A DNA stretch of 62,937 nucleotides, filler included, from Chiloscyllium plagiosum (Eukaryota), in assembly GCF_004010195.1 (NCBI RefSeq). It is 5 parts of one record of this genome, joined end to end, with 100 filler letters (N's around TTAATTAATTAA, not from the genome) between each part and the next. Parts side by side here need not be neighbours in the genome. Positions count along the whole stretch, not along the records: positions 36,262 to 53,377 come from NC_057710.1; positions 53,478 to 59,086 come from NC_057710.1; positions 59,187 to 62,937 come from NC_057710.1; 2 more parts are not named here. One strand, written 5' to 3'. This document shows positions 49,791-61,542 of the stretch, one piece after another. Position numbers and translations under genes: made by a program. Position 1 is the stretch's first letter; every line of letters begins with the position of its first letter. The notes beneath the pieces are model-generated. The model ran no database searches and had not been told where the DNA came from. It was given only the letters and a program-made list of their open reading frames with translations.

Positions 49791-51679
49791 TCAATTACAA
49801 GGGAATCAGGACTGGGAACTAAATATCTTAAAGATATGCAGGGCAAAAGTGAGGACTGCAGATGCTGGAAAAGCACAGTTGGTCAGGCAGCATCCGAGAA
49901 GCAGGAGAATCGATGTTTCGGGCATAAACCCTTCATCAGGGCTGATCTCCTCGTAGTCATGTCTCTGTAATCCCCACCAATTTCAATCTGTGCTACAAGC
50001 TTATTAAGTTGTGTCATGTATTGTTCTCAAGTAGAACATCCTCAGTCCTGTGTTGATTGGCCCCTTTTCAGAGTAGTCCCTTATCTGCTTCATCTAAACT
50101 TAGATTCCTGACCCTTTGCATGCTCTCTGTCCTACTACTTTATCTCGAAACTTTAATAACCTCTTGTAACCTTTACCACCTCCACATTTAACTGGCTTAA
50201 AGTCCTCAATTTTTGCTATCAGTTCATCTATCCTATTCTTCATGCTTTGAGCATTAAGATACAAAGCCTTTAATTTTTGTTTTCTGTTATCAAATGTCCC
50301 AACACTTTTATGGTTCCTTGGTATAATATAACATCCATACATTCAGTCCCTTGGTTTTATTTTCTGGTCAGAATCAGCCCCATCACTAACCTGCAATCCT
50401 GCCTTCTCCTTTACTTTTGATTTTATAATTTTTTCTGCACTTGAACTCATCCCTTATTATTTATTTCAATGCCCTATCTATATATAGCGTTAGCTCTACA
50501 ATTCACCAGGACTCTGTCCTAGCATGATTCAGGTAGAGCCAATCCCATTGGAACAGCCTCCTCCATCCTCAATACTGGTGCCAATCTCCCATGAATTTGC
50601 GCCCATTTCTCCCACATCAATCTTTCAGCCATGAGTTTACCTCTTTGATCTTGTTGAGCCTGTGCCAATTAGTTTGTAGGTCAGGTCTTACTCTGCATTT
50701 TATTACCTTTTAGATTCTGCTTGATAATTTAGCCCCTAACTGCAAAAGTGAGAACAACCATTTGAAGGGAGAGCTCTTTGACACAATATTGGTATTTCGT
50801 AACCTACTTTTTATAGATGTAGAGAAAGGAGTGTTACAGTGCATAACATGTTAAAAAGCCTTCTCAGAGATAGGAGGAAGCAGCCTCAGAGATAGTGCAT
50901 GTACAGACAACCACAACACAAATTATACTTCTGACTGCTATCTCAGTGAGCAGGTTAGCACTATTGGATTGAAGCACAACATAAAGCAATTGTAGCAGAG
51001 GGTCAGGGGAACCCCCAACAGAATTTCCTGCTGATTCCTCCTTGAATAAATGCTAAATTAAGGCCATATTTGTGTAAACACAAAAGATCAGATGAAACTA
51101 ATTGAAGAAAAAAATGAAAGTTCTCCTAACTACCATATCTGCTTCTACCAAAAATAAATTAAATGGTCAACTCATCAATTGGTGAAAGTAATTTGTTTTT
51201 AATTAATTTGTTCTCAGAAGATAGCAATGTTGAAAAGGCTACATTCATTTCACAGGTTTAATTGCCTTGAGAGCACTGTCTATTTGGCTGTGCAGAGCTT
51301 CAGGATGTCTGACATGGCATGACAAGTTGCTTCTGCCTTTCATTCATTTCCTAAAATGGTCAAAACATTGTAGTCCTTTTCCAGTTACAGTGGCTTTGTT
51401 AGGACTCGTTTCAGTGTGATGTTATGCTCATTGAAACGTTCAAAATGACAGTTCAGGGAAAAATGGAATTCCTTGGAGGTCTTCACTTTGTAAAATATTT
51501 TGATTTTATATCAACTATCTGAAAAGGAAAGGTCCTCAGCTCATTTCTCCAATCCTCATGCTCCTTCTTCTTCAATTGTTCATAGCAATTTCAATTTGAT
51601 TAAGCAATGAGCAATATAGCTAAAAGAAGAATAATTGAGGTTCCCATTGTCATCCTTACGTAACACATTTGAAATACCC

Positions 51680-52425
51680 AAGCCCTTTTCCTGAAGTCAA
51701 CAACAATCTCTTTTGTCTTGTCCATTTGTCAGAGACAGGTTGTGTGCTCTGCTCTAATCATTTAGCTGTTGCACCTCCTCTCTGTATGCTGACTTGTCGT
51801 TTGTGTTGATGAGACCCACTACAGTTGTATCATCAGCGAACATGATTACGTGATTTGACCTGTGCACCGCTGCACAGTCGTGGGTCAGCAGAGAGAACAG
51901 CAGTGGACTGAACACACAGCCCTGGGGGCCCCCCATGCTCAGTGTGATGATTGGAGATGCTGTTCCCAATCTGGACTGACTGAGGTCTCTCAGTCAGGAA
52001 GTCCAAGATCCAGTTACAAAGGGCCCAGCAGACTCAGCTTTCCAATCAAGTGCTGAGGAATGGTAGTGTTAAGTGCAGAACTGAAGTCTGTGAACAGTGG
52101 TCTGACCTAGGTGTCCTTCTTTTCCAGGTGGGTGAGGGCCAGATGAAGTTTCTTCCCCCAAGCCATCAGCCTCTTTAACATAGTATGATTGGACTTTTCC
52201 TATCATTGCACGACTTTGAATTGCTGCTAGAAAATTGTCTATTATTTATCATTATTTTATTACACTGTAACCTGCATCTTTTGCACTTCTTATGCACTTT
52301 AAGCTGTGTATAATTGTATAGTTTGTGGTGTCCATGTTGCTCCCTTGGTCCAGGAGGAATACTGTCTCATTTTTACTCTATCAGTTGTGTATGGTAGAAA
52401 TGACAAATAAAATCTACTCTACTCT
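51680..52425. mobile_element. Rex1/Babar-type LINE fragment with 5' inversion
   Basis: Minus 51680-52145 encodes [35 protein letters not shown]; plus 52146-52425 has FFPKAISL, a 3' UTR, AATAAA and a (CTACT)n tail. Confidence 0.85.
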
Positions 52426-53135
52426 GAAGGATCTGTAAAGGCACCATATTTCAGTGAAAGCTTTTGGCCTGGATATCAATGGCAATCAAAAACGTTTGGC
52501 TGAACCTTGAGTTTTTTTGTCTCAATATCCGTTTCACCAAGTTTAACAAAGGGTCACTCTCCATGAGGCCTCATGCAATCTCTCACCCTGTTGCCTGTGC
52601 TTTGGACACTTTGACCGTTTATGCTTTAAAAATGCTCAGCCCAAATGCTCTTATCTGTGAGGTGGACTAAGGGACACAGAATTCAGTTTGTGGTTCAAGT
52701 CGATTTCATGAACAAAATATTCCTTATTAAAAGCCCCATGTGACCATTTCCCAAATTCCCATTATATTTACTCTCTATTAGCTCTATGATCTGAGAAAGG
52801 ATATTACTCATAAAGTTCCACTTCTTTGAGTTGGACAGTTGGACTCTCCTTCCTCTCTGATATTGGACTGGCTGTCTTCCATGAAAGTGGGTCTTGGATG
52901 TCAGTGCAGGTCTTCTTCTGGGTCTGCTTGGGTTTCCACTTGGTCTTCTGCTACAGGTCTCATTGCAACTTATCCCTGAGAGTCTTTGCACAGCCTTCAC
53001 CGTATTTGGTTTCCAGTCACATGTGATTTTATATCCTTTTGTACTAGAATAGTCTGTGGCCCTTAGCCAATGGAGTCATGAGCTGGGTTCAAATTTAACC
53101 ACACCCTTCAATATTGCCATGCCAGAAGTCATGTT

Positions 53136-53377
53136 CATAGAACATAGAACATAGAACATAGAAGAATACAGCGCAGTACAGGCCCTTCGGCACTCGATGT
53201 TGCGCCGATCCTAGCCCACCTAACCTACACTAGCCCACTATCCTCCATATGCCTATCCAATGCCCGCTTAAATGCCCATAATGAGGGAGAGTCCACCACT
53301 GCTACTGGCAGGGCATTCCATGAACTCACAACTCGCTGAGTAAAGAACCTACCCCTAACATCTGCCCTATACCTACC
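53136..53377 (-). mobile_element. Young CR1 3' end
   Basis: (CATAGAA)n tail on the plus strand; FFTQRVVSSWNALP on the minus strand. Confidence 0.9.
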
Positions 53378-53477
53378 NNNNNNNNNNNNNNNNNNNNNNN
53401 NNNNNNNNNNNNNNNNNNNNNTTAATTAATTAANNNNNNNNNNNNNNNNNNNNNNNNNNNNNNNNNNNNNNNNNNNN
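53378..53477. other. Assembly spacer N44-TTAATTAATTAA-N44
   Basis: Same construct as 28247. Confidence 0.97.
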
Positions 53478-53852
53478 ACACTGGCTTTCGGAGCGACGCT
53501 CCTTCATCAGGGTGATTGTGGAGGGCTCGATCGTAACACAGAATTTATAGCAAAAATTTGCAGTGTGATGTAACTGAAATTATACATTGAAGAATTGATT
53601 GTCTGTTAAGCTTTCTAACAGATGAAAGACTTAACAGACAATCAATTCTTCAATGTATAATTTCAGTTACATCACACTGCAAATTTTTGCTATAAATTCT
53701 GTGTTACGATCGAGCCCTCCACAATCACCTGATGAAGGAGTGTCGCTCCGAAAGCTAGTGTGCTTCCAATTAAACCTGTTGGACTATAACCTGGTTTTGT
53801 GTGATTTTTAACTTTGTACACCCCAGTCCAACACCGGCATCTCCGAATCATG
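53478..53852. mobile_element. Penelope B fold-back
   Basis: Near-perfect inverted arms around ~53610-53630. Confidence 0.9.
53726..53760 (+). ncRNA. Minimal hammerhead ribozyme motif (Penelope B)
   Basis: cac-CTGATGA-a-ggagt/gtc/gctcc-GAAA-GCTA-gtg. Confidence 0.8.
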
Positions 53853-54929
53853 AATATAATTCCATTCTTCTACACTTCTCCACAGCATGGTACCTTCACT
53901 CTCCCTGCCACTCAAAAAGGAACTGTCCTTTTTCCCTGCGACAGTGTGAAAACTGTCACTTGGCAATTCAATGGGTTTCTGTTTGGGTTTCTTGCCCCCA
54001 TGGCAACTGGATAACATCAGCTTGTTTCCAGGCTGAAGTGCTGCTCATGATTCACCATGCTGTCTCCAGAATAATCTGTTTCAACTCAAGTTAGAGGGGA
54101 CATTTTAAAACATAACTATGTTGTACCATAGTAATCATTTTTTGCATGATACTGTTAAAACACAACCAATTAGAATATTGTAAACATTTTGACAACTAAA
54201 TGATTACACACTGTACAAGTGTATTCAGTTTAGGAAACCTGGTTAGCATGGATGAGTTGGGCTTGAAGGGCTCTATGACTCTAACATTCTTTTCTCTTTT
54301 ACCACATTTCACTACTGAACATCTCAAATTGGCAATACTATGGGACATAATCTGTCTCAACTTACCACATGCGACAGTTTGATTTAAAGTTAACTTGTGT
54401 GAATTGCCAACAATAGTTGTTTTTACTACTGGTTGATCTATTTCCTTTCAGTCTCTGCAAAAGATCTCTTTTTCCATATAGTTCTTACAGTTTTTCCAGG
54501 TCCTTAGGTAAAAGGTTGGACCTTGGTTCTCATTTTCATGATACTTTTCAAAACCTGTAGGGACTGCTGATGTTGATGGGCCCAAAGCTTACAGCTTATT
54601 TGGTCTGGTTAACTTAATCAAGAACAACACTGCAGGTGCTGGTGGCTGTGAATTGGAATCCAAGGAGAAGTCCCAGACAGTGTTCATTATGTTCTGTCCT
54701 CAACAAGTTATTTTGTTCTACTTTAAAATTAGATAATAACTTGCTGTCAGGTTTTCTTTTTAAAAACAGACTCTGACGGCTCTATTCAAGTGCTAATTGC
54801 TGATCTCCATTTTCTGTCATGGCTATATATTTTTTTCATGGCCTTGTCTGTGGGGAGGAAAGGTTTCAATGAGACAAACATTTGAATTGTTGAGAACAAA
54901 TGAATTAATCTCATCCTGTTTCCATTCAA

Positions 54930-55355
54930 GGTTATTCAAGGTTTGAGCTGTAGAGAGAGGCTGAATAGGCTAGGGCTATTTTCACTGGAGTGTTGGAGGC
55001 TGAAGGGTGACCTTATAGAGGTTTATAAAATCATGAGGGGCATTGATAGGGTAAGTTGACAAGGTCTTTTCCCTAGTTTGGGGAGTCCAAAACTAGACGG
55101 CATAGGTTTAAGTTGAGAGGGGAAAGATTTTAAAAGGGACCTCAGGGTGGCAACTCAGAGGGTGGTACGTGTATGGAATGAGCTGCCAGAGGAAGTGGTG
55201 GAGGCTGGTACAATTGCAACATTTAAAAGGCATTTGGATGGGTAAATGAATAGGAAGGGTTTAGAAGGATATGGGTTGGTATGTCTGGTCAGCATGGACG
55301 AATTGGACTGAAGAATTTGTTTCTATGCTGTGCATCTCTGTGACTATTTGACTGT
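54930..55355 (+). mobile_element. CR1 3' fragment (family of 97-670)
   Basis: LKGDLIEVYKIMRGIDRV, TRRHRFKL and 3' UTR. Confidence 0.88.
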
Positions 55356-55849
55356 ATTTTTAACTCTAAGTTCTATGACTTAACCCTTCAGTCGAATTTT
55401 CTTGAAGACATATATTTAGCCCTGCCTCTTTCTGTGCAAAGAGATCATTTTTCTGTCAAAAGAACTTCTCTCTGGCTGTTTTGTATACATTGTTCAGGAT
55501 ATTTTGATATTAATCTAGGAAAGCTTGATTGTTCCTTTTTACTTAGTTCATAAATGTTCTTAAATTCATTTTGCTTTGTTTCTTTTGACTTCAAACTTTG
55601 TCTAATTCCCTTTCAGCAAGATTTGATGCCTCATCATTTTGAGGTATTCATTTATTTTCAAGAATATATCTCCTTCCTTGCAGGTGTATTGTGTTGGGAT
55701 TCAATTCAGCTTTTTGTACTCTTCTTCAAAGCATTAATTTCTTTTGTTTCGTCATTTGCTTTGAGTACTGTTTGTAGCTACTTTTCTAAGCCTTGCTCAT
55801 GTTTGTCATGTGTTCTAATTCAGACAGTTTTAACTCATCACCAGTCGCC

Positions 55850-57975
55850 CTGAACATTTTTCTTTTCAACCTGATGCTCCAGTATCATTATAGGATTGCT
55901 AAGCTGAATTTCTAACCCTTTGGACACATCTTTGGTCATAATATTAGTTCTCACAGCAGACTTACAGAAAGCCTGTGATGTTCTTAACGTCATTCGGCTT
56001 TTCTTGTACAACTTTGGTTTCAACAATCTCGGTGTGCTTCCCCAAAGTCACTGCAGACAGTGATACCTGGTCTCCAACCAATTCATTCCCTAATAAAGAA
56101 AACCACATGCCAATGATCACATGAATAGTAATCAAGGTGCATTTTAATTTAACTTATATAAACATATAAATTTTAAAAATCCACCACTAAGCTCATAACC
56201 ATCCATTTTTATTTAGGGAATTTTCAAGAGAGTAATTCTCAATAACTGCCAACATCAGTGACCATGCTGCTCCTGTATCATTAAGAATAGCAATTAGCTT
56301 CCTCCACAAAGATTTGACTTTTTTTTTATTTACTATTGTCACACGTACTCAGGTACAATGACAAGTTTTGTTTTGCATGCAGTACAGGCAGATCATAGCA
56401 TATAGAGAAGATGATGGTATAGTGGTATTATCACTGGACTGTGAATGCAGAGACCCGGATAATGTCCCAGGGACCTCTGTTCAAATCCCACCACAGCAGG
56501 TGGTGGAATTGAATTCAGTTCAATAAAAAAATCTGGAATTAAGAATCTAATGTTGACTACGAATCCATTGTCGATTGTTGGAAAAACCCACCCTTATGTC
56601 CTTTAGGGAAGGAAACTGCTATTCTTACCTGGTCTGGTCTACATGTGATTCCAGACCAACAGCTAATGTGGCTGACTCTTGTTTAATTAGTGATAATTAA
56701 TAAATGCTGCCTAACCAGTGACACCCTCATCTGGTGAATGAATAAAAGAATAAAGAATACAAGGTGCATAAGGGAAGTAGAACAGAGCAAGGAATACAAT
56801 GTTACAACTGTAGAAAAGATGCACAAAGAGAGGACACTTCATTAAGCAGAAAACTTCTATCATTTTCTGCACCCCGCTCCACCATATTACAAAATACAGA
56901 AGAACATATTAGTTTGTCATTACCTTCACTCATTCGGACTGCATTTCAGGAGCAATGCTGTGTAATCTTACAAATGCTACAGTTTTGTCTTTTAATGTCC
57001 AAAATTCAGAATTAATCTGGATTTTTTTTACAATGAAGATAAGATGTTAATCTTTTTCAATCAGCCTTAAATGTGGTGGCTCTTACTACTCCGAGAAGGG
57101 TTTTTTTGCTTCCCTAGGACATTTTCCTCATTGCTATCAGAATTCAACAACAATGGCTTGATATTAAAATGTTTATGAGACAGCTTATAATCAGGCTGAC
57201 ATTATAGCAGTTTTCCTTACCTTGGAGACTTTCTGGTCTCCCGGTGGGACTTTATTCACAAAAATACCCTATTTTAAAATTCTTCCATCAGAATCATCTC
57301 CCTTAGTTTTTAAAACCCTGTTTAACCTTTATTGACAGATTCTACCTTTCAAAAGTAATTTCCTTTTCTTCAGCATGTTCCGCAAAACTCTGGTTCTGTT
57401 TCTTTTTGAATTTTTAAAATATTTGAGGATAAACATCTGGCACAAACTGATAAGTATTGAGAACAGCATCTTTTACTGTATTGTAATCACAAAAACTGTT
57501 CTTCAGAAAGAGATGATTGCAGCTGCAAAACTTTTTCTAGAATTGATTCTGCAGTCTAATGATCCAATTTTTTTTCCGCCACTACAGTTTTCTCAAATGA
57601 GGCAAAATACATTTCATATCCCTTCTCAGTAAAATAGCCATTAAATTAATGCTCCTCATCAGATCAAAGCCAGGACTTAATTCTGCATCTTCTGCAAGGT
57701 TTACCGGCAGCCCTGTTTGTTTAATTCAAAATTTTCTTTGTCCAGTTCATACCTTCTCATTTATTTTCTTGTTAAAATCCAAGACTTGCCTTTGCTTTTT
57801 CCTTTTTTTCTTTCAAACTTTTTCTTGTTCCTTTTAGTATGCTAATTAAAGGTTCTGTATTTCTCTGTCATATCTTTCCAATTCAATTTCTTTCATTTCT
57901 GCTTTTAATTCTCAAATTCTATTTGTTTCATTTATAATTTAATTTTAGCTAATTCAGCATCTATCAGGATTACCC
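55850..57975 (-). mobile_element. Degenerate Gypsy (Gmr1-like) gag-protease
   Basis: Gag: FTEKGYEMYFASFEK, DYNTVKDAVLNTYQFVP and KLREMILMEEF. Protease: ILNDTGAAWSLML (~56250-56290) and LLGNELVGDQV. Then a GLEIQLSN linker. Confidence 0.85.
56405..56750 (+). mobile_element. tRNA-derived SINE sharing the 3' tail of the 20660-23402 LINE
   Basis: A box tggtatagtggt, B box gttcaaatccc; tail taaatgctg..ccagtgacaccc..atgaataaaa matches 23350-23400. Confidence 0.75.
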
Positions 57976-57979
57976 TTTT

Positions 57980-58722
57980 CTCTTTTTGTTCATTCATGGT
58001 ATGTGGACATTGCTGAAAGGGCTAATCATTATTATCCATTCCTAATTACCCTTGAGAAGGTTGTGGTGAACTGCTTTCTTGAACAAGTGTGATTGTTTAG
58101 CTGTAGATATACCCTGAATGTTAGGAAGTGAGTTCCTCCTTTGAACAGTGATAGTAACTCCAAGGCAGGATGGGATGGAGCTTACAGGGGAACCTGCAAA
58201 TGATGGTGTTCTCCCACTTCTGCTCCCTTCTCCTGGGTGGTGCAAGTTGAAGGTTTTGAAAGTGCTGTCTCAGGGCCTTAGTGAGCTACTGCAGATGGTA
58301 TATATTACTACCACTGTATGTCAATGGTAAGTGTGTTAGCTATGGTGCCATTCAAGCGGACTACTTTGTCTTGGATGGAGTCAAGCAATTTCAGTATTGT
58401 TGGAACTGCACCCATTCAGGCTAGTGGGGAGTATTCCATCATAGTCCTGACTTATGTTTTTTGGATAATGGTCAAGCTTTGAGGATGCAGGAGCTGAGTT
58501 GGTCACTACAGAATCCCTCATTTCAGATTTATTCTGGTAGCCACAATATTTACATGGAGGCCTAGATCAGTTTGAGCTCATTGGTGATCTCTAGGATGTC
58601 GATAGTTTGAAATTTGACAACGGTCATTTCATTGATTGACAAGGGGCAATGGTTAGATTCTCTCTTGTTGGAGATTGTCATTGCCTGGTAGTTGTATGGT
58701 GTGAATGTTACTTGCCACTTTT
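57980..58722 (-). mobile_element. CR1/L2-type LINE 3' part (family of 20660-23402)
   Basis: Reverse complement of the LINE tail (cccttgagaaggttgtggtgaactgc) and ORF2 C-terminus remnants. Confidence 0.8.
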
Positions 58723-58952
58723 TTCTTCCAGATGGTTCAAGTGCTGATGCAATTCTTCAACAGTCCCAATCTTTTATCTCATACATTCAGGTCATAGAGT
58801 TGTAGAATCATACAGCACAGACACAGAGCCTTCAGCCCAACTCATCCATGCCAGCCCAGTTTAATAAATTGAACCAGGCAATTTTCCTACATTTGGACCA
58901 TGTTCCTCTAAACCTTTCCCATCCATGTAGCTGTACACATTTCTTTTAAATG

Positions 58953-59086
58953 TTAAAAATCACACAACACCAGGTTATAGTCCAACAGGTTTAATCGGAA
59001 GTACACTAGCTTTCGGAGCGACGCTCCTTCATCAGGTGATTGTGGAGGGCTCGATTGTAACACAGAATTTATAGCAAAAATTTGCA
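58953..59086 (-). mobile_element. Penelope B terminus in a CR1 tail (58790-58950)
   Basis: aaaaatcacacaacaccaggttatagtccaacagg. Confidence 0.85.
59004..59038 (-). ncRNA. Minimal hammerhead ribozyme motif, consensus-perfect (Penelope B)
   Basis: The reverse complement reads cac-CTGATGA-a-ggagc/gtc/gctcc-GAAA-GCTA-gtg. Confidence 0.85.
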
Positions 59087-59186
59087 NNNNNNNNNNNNNN
59101 NNNNNNNNNNNNNNNNNNNNNNNNNNNNNNTTAATTAATTAANNNNNNNNNNNNNNNNNNNNNNNNNNNNNNNNNNNNNNNNNNNN
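59087..59186. other. Assembly spacer N44-TTAATTAATTAA-N44
   Basis: Same construct as 28247. Confidence 0.97.
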
Positions 59187-59640
59187 CACCTATCTCTCTC
59201 TCCATAACCAAGGTGAAAGTTACAGAATTGTGGTCACCATCACCAAAATGTTCACCCACTAACAAGCCCACCACTTGTCCCGGTTCATTACCGAGTATCA
59301 AATCCAATATGCCCTCCCCTCTGGTTGTACAATCTACATACTGCGTTAGAAAAGCTTCCTGGACACACTGCACAAACACCGCCCCATCCAATCTACTTGA
59401 TCTAAAGAGCTTCCAATCAATATTTGGGAAGTTGAAGTCGCCCATGACTATGACCCTGTGGCTTCTGCACCTTTCCAAAATCTGTTTCCCAATCTGTTTC
59501 TCCACATCTCTGCTGCTATTGGGGGGCCTATAGTAAACACCCAACAAGGTGACTGCACCTTTCCTATTTCTGACTTCAGCCCATACTACCTCCAGAGACA
59601 GATCCCCCTCAAACTTCCTTTCTGCAGCCGTTATACTGTT
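59187..59640 (-). mobile_element. Young CR1 APE endonuclease fragment
   Basis: Open frame LGVYYRPPNS..VMGDFNFPNIDW..ILDLILGNEP..GDGDHNSV. Confidence 0.92.
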
Positions 59641-60010
59641 TTAGGCCTGATATCCAAGGAAGGATGAGCTAGCATTGGTGAGGGTCCAGAGGGGGTTTAC
59701 AAGAATGATCCTGAGGATGAAGGGCTTGTCATATGAGGAGTGGTTGAGGATCCTGGGTCTGTATTCGATAGAGTTTAGAAGGATACTAGTGGATCTCATT
59801 ACAACTTACAGAATACTGAGACGCCTGGATAGAATGGATGTAGAGAAGATGTTTTCACTAGTAGAAGAGATAAGGACTTAAGAGCACAGCCTCACGGTGA
59901 AGGGATGACCCCTCAGAACTGAGATGGAGAGCACTATTTTCAACCAGAGAGTGCTGATTTGAGGAACTCATTGCCACAGAAGGTTGTGGAGACCAAGTCA
60001 TTAACTGCTC
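59641..60010 (+). mobile_element. CR1 ORF2 C-terminal fragment
   Basis: VQRGFTRMI..MKGLSYEEWLRILGLYS. Confidence 0.85.
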
Positions 60011-60039
60011 TTAATACCAGATCATGTCATAACAAGGTC

Positions 60040-60685
60040 TGATGTGTGAAGCCCTGCAGCAAGCCTGAGATGTTGGCAGCCCATGTAGACTGGGTGACCA
60101 CTACACAGAACACCTACGTTCTGTTCATTAAAAAGACCCTGAGCTTCCAGTCGCCTTCCACTTCAATACCCCACCCTGTTCCCTGGCCAACATCTCTGTC
60201 TCAGGCTTGCTGCAGTGCTCCAGCGAAGCTCAGTGCAAACTGAAAGAACAGCACCTCATTTTCCACTTTGGAACTTCACAGCCTTCTGGACTCAATATTG
60301 AGTTCAACAATTTTACAGCTTGAAGCACCTTCTTCCATCTCCTTACCCCAGCCCCCACACACCAGGCCTTGTTATCACATATTCTACTACTGCACACAAC
60401 CCATTTTTAGCCATCCTCCCAGGCTGACAATTATGCACACCTTTGTCTGTCCAACTGTTCTTCTCTCTCTTTGGACTCTATCTCCTCCTATCATTTATTT
60501 CTTGTCCCCCTTCTCCTCTTTTGCATGTAAAACAACTTTTTCTTACCTACCACCAGTTCTGAGGTAGGGTCACTCAACCCGAAACATTAACATCACCACA
60601 GACGCTGCCAGACCTGCTGAGATTTTCTGACAATTTCCATTTTTGTTTCTGATTTCCAACATCCATATTTCTCTCAGTTTTTATT
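60040..60685 (+). mobile_element. Penelope C 3' part
   Basis: KLKEQHLIF..GTSQPSGLNIEF; terminus cagacgctgccagacctgctgag. Confidence 0.8.
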
Positions 60686-61542
60686 GTGGAGCAATGTAAA
60701 AATTATTTCAACATTTCTTCTGAGAAAGTTTTGCTGAGATGTGACTTCTGGTTCACAGTCTTGAAGAAAGGGGGTTTTCACTTGCAAAATACACAACTAC
60801 AGCTTGGTGGCTGTTTTTTACAGACTAGAGGCTTTTCCACTGAAGGCCAGAGTTAGGAGTTATTGTCAGCAGATATGGGATGGAAGAATGCTGACCCTTC
60901 ATTGTCTGTTAGGTTCAGTACTGTGAACGTCTTCGTGATGATGCCTCTTGAGAGTGGAGAAACAGTTACCATCCAGACAAAGGCTTGTGTTACAGATATC
61001 TAGCTGTCTTTGGTTCATTGGAGGGGCAAAGTGGAAAGTCATTACTTTAATACAGGTTCCTTGTTGTAACTTGCAATTCTACTGTGTAAGAGCTATTCTT
61101 AGAAGTAACCATCTCTGTCGCAGATCATAACATAATAGTTAGCATTCTGGACCTATCAGAAATTGTCAACTTTGGAAAGGTTTTCCAGAAGGTTGTTGTG
61201 AAATAACAGTCATCTTTGTTGGATTATTTATTGTTTTTGAAAAAAGTCCCGAAATACGTGTAGGTATATATCAGCAAATCTTTGTACTCTGTTCATGACA
61301 TTATTTGCTCTGCATGATTAAAAAAATGAAGTCCACTTCATTTTTTGTAATATGTCCTGATAAAAAAGGAAAATGAGATAAAGAGATATTCCTTAATTTT
61401 TGCATTTACACAGGCATTGGGCAATGTAACATTGGGAGGTATAATTCCGGGGGAATGGTGATAGTGAAGGTTGGTGGATTGACCTCAGGACTCTTTGTAG
61501 ATTAGTAGGTCGTTTCTGTCTCAAGTCATGTAACTATGACTT

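Larger units (their letters stand above)
45020..50740 (-). mobile_element. Long degenerate CR1 LINE (ORF1 esterase end through ORF2 and 3' UTR) with nested insertions
   Basis: ALYLNAQSMKNRIDEL (~50260), QHSFVKGRPCLTNVLEFFEEV..YLDFQKTFD and RKNFFSQRLVNLWN; ORF1 SGNH remnant at ~50500-50700. It hosts Penelope B (45197-45304), an HE1 SINE and Penelope A. Confidence 0.9.
1330..61360 (-). pseudogene. Decayed multi-exon giant nesprin (SYNE1/SYNE2-like spectrin-repeat rod) pseudogene; paralog identity unresolved
   Basis: Manual minus-strand translation of inter-repeat unique DNA gives stop- and frameshift-riddled segments, many preceded by polypyrimidine+AG acceptors. They match human nesprin-1 (recalled) in colinear order: ~35.6k SLMCPYDETCL~TALLPEETETCL; ~34.8k AYNDLSK..LTSLA~FQNDLKVLFTSLA; ~31.5k LQVILD~LEYILE; ~30.2k ILESQPNF*RAYSFG~LNEYQPKLYQVLDDG and LINYLSS~LIHWLQS; ~25.0k MSYIGKLD~MSWISLME; ~24.4k FIDCLG~FAEQLG; ~14.6k KRFSPDL~KFSSMAPDL; ~6.9k SRILHS~SRQQILHS; ~4.85k SLKTGKELF~TVEAGKQLL; ~3.1k DEMIE~EEMIE; ~1.5k TRLNFINEH~TQLELINKQ. 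Extension above 43.1 kb is weaker. Confidence 0.8.

Noticed and set aside
57120..57975. Coiled-coil-like frame as part of the nesprin fossil
   Set aside because: Its motifs match Gypsy gag instead.
28247..59186. Recurrent TTAATTAATTAA motif
   Set aside because: It is always centred in exactly 100 bp of N, so it is an artificial six-frame-stop contig linker.
1330..61360. Calling the locus a functional SYNE1 or SYNE2 gene
   Set aside because: Nearly every exon has stops or frameshifts and some contain TEs; the paralog cannot be assigned from this window.
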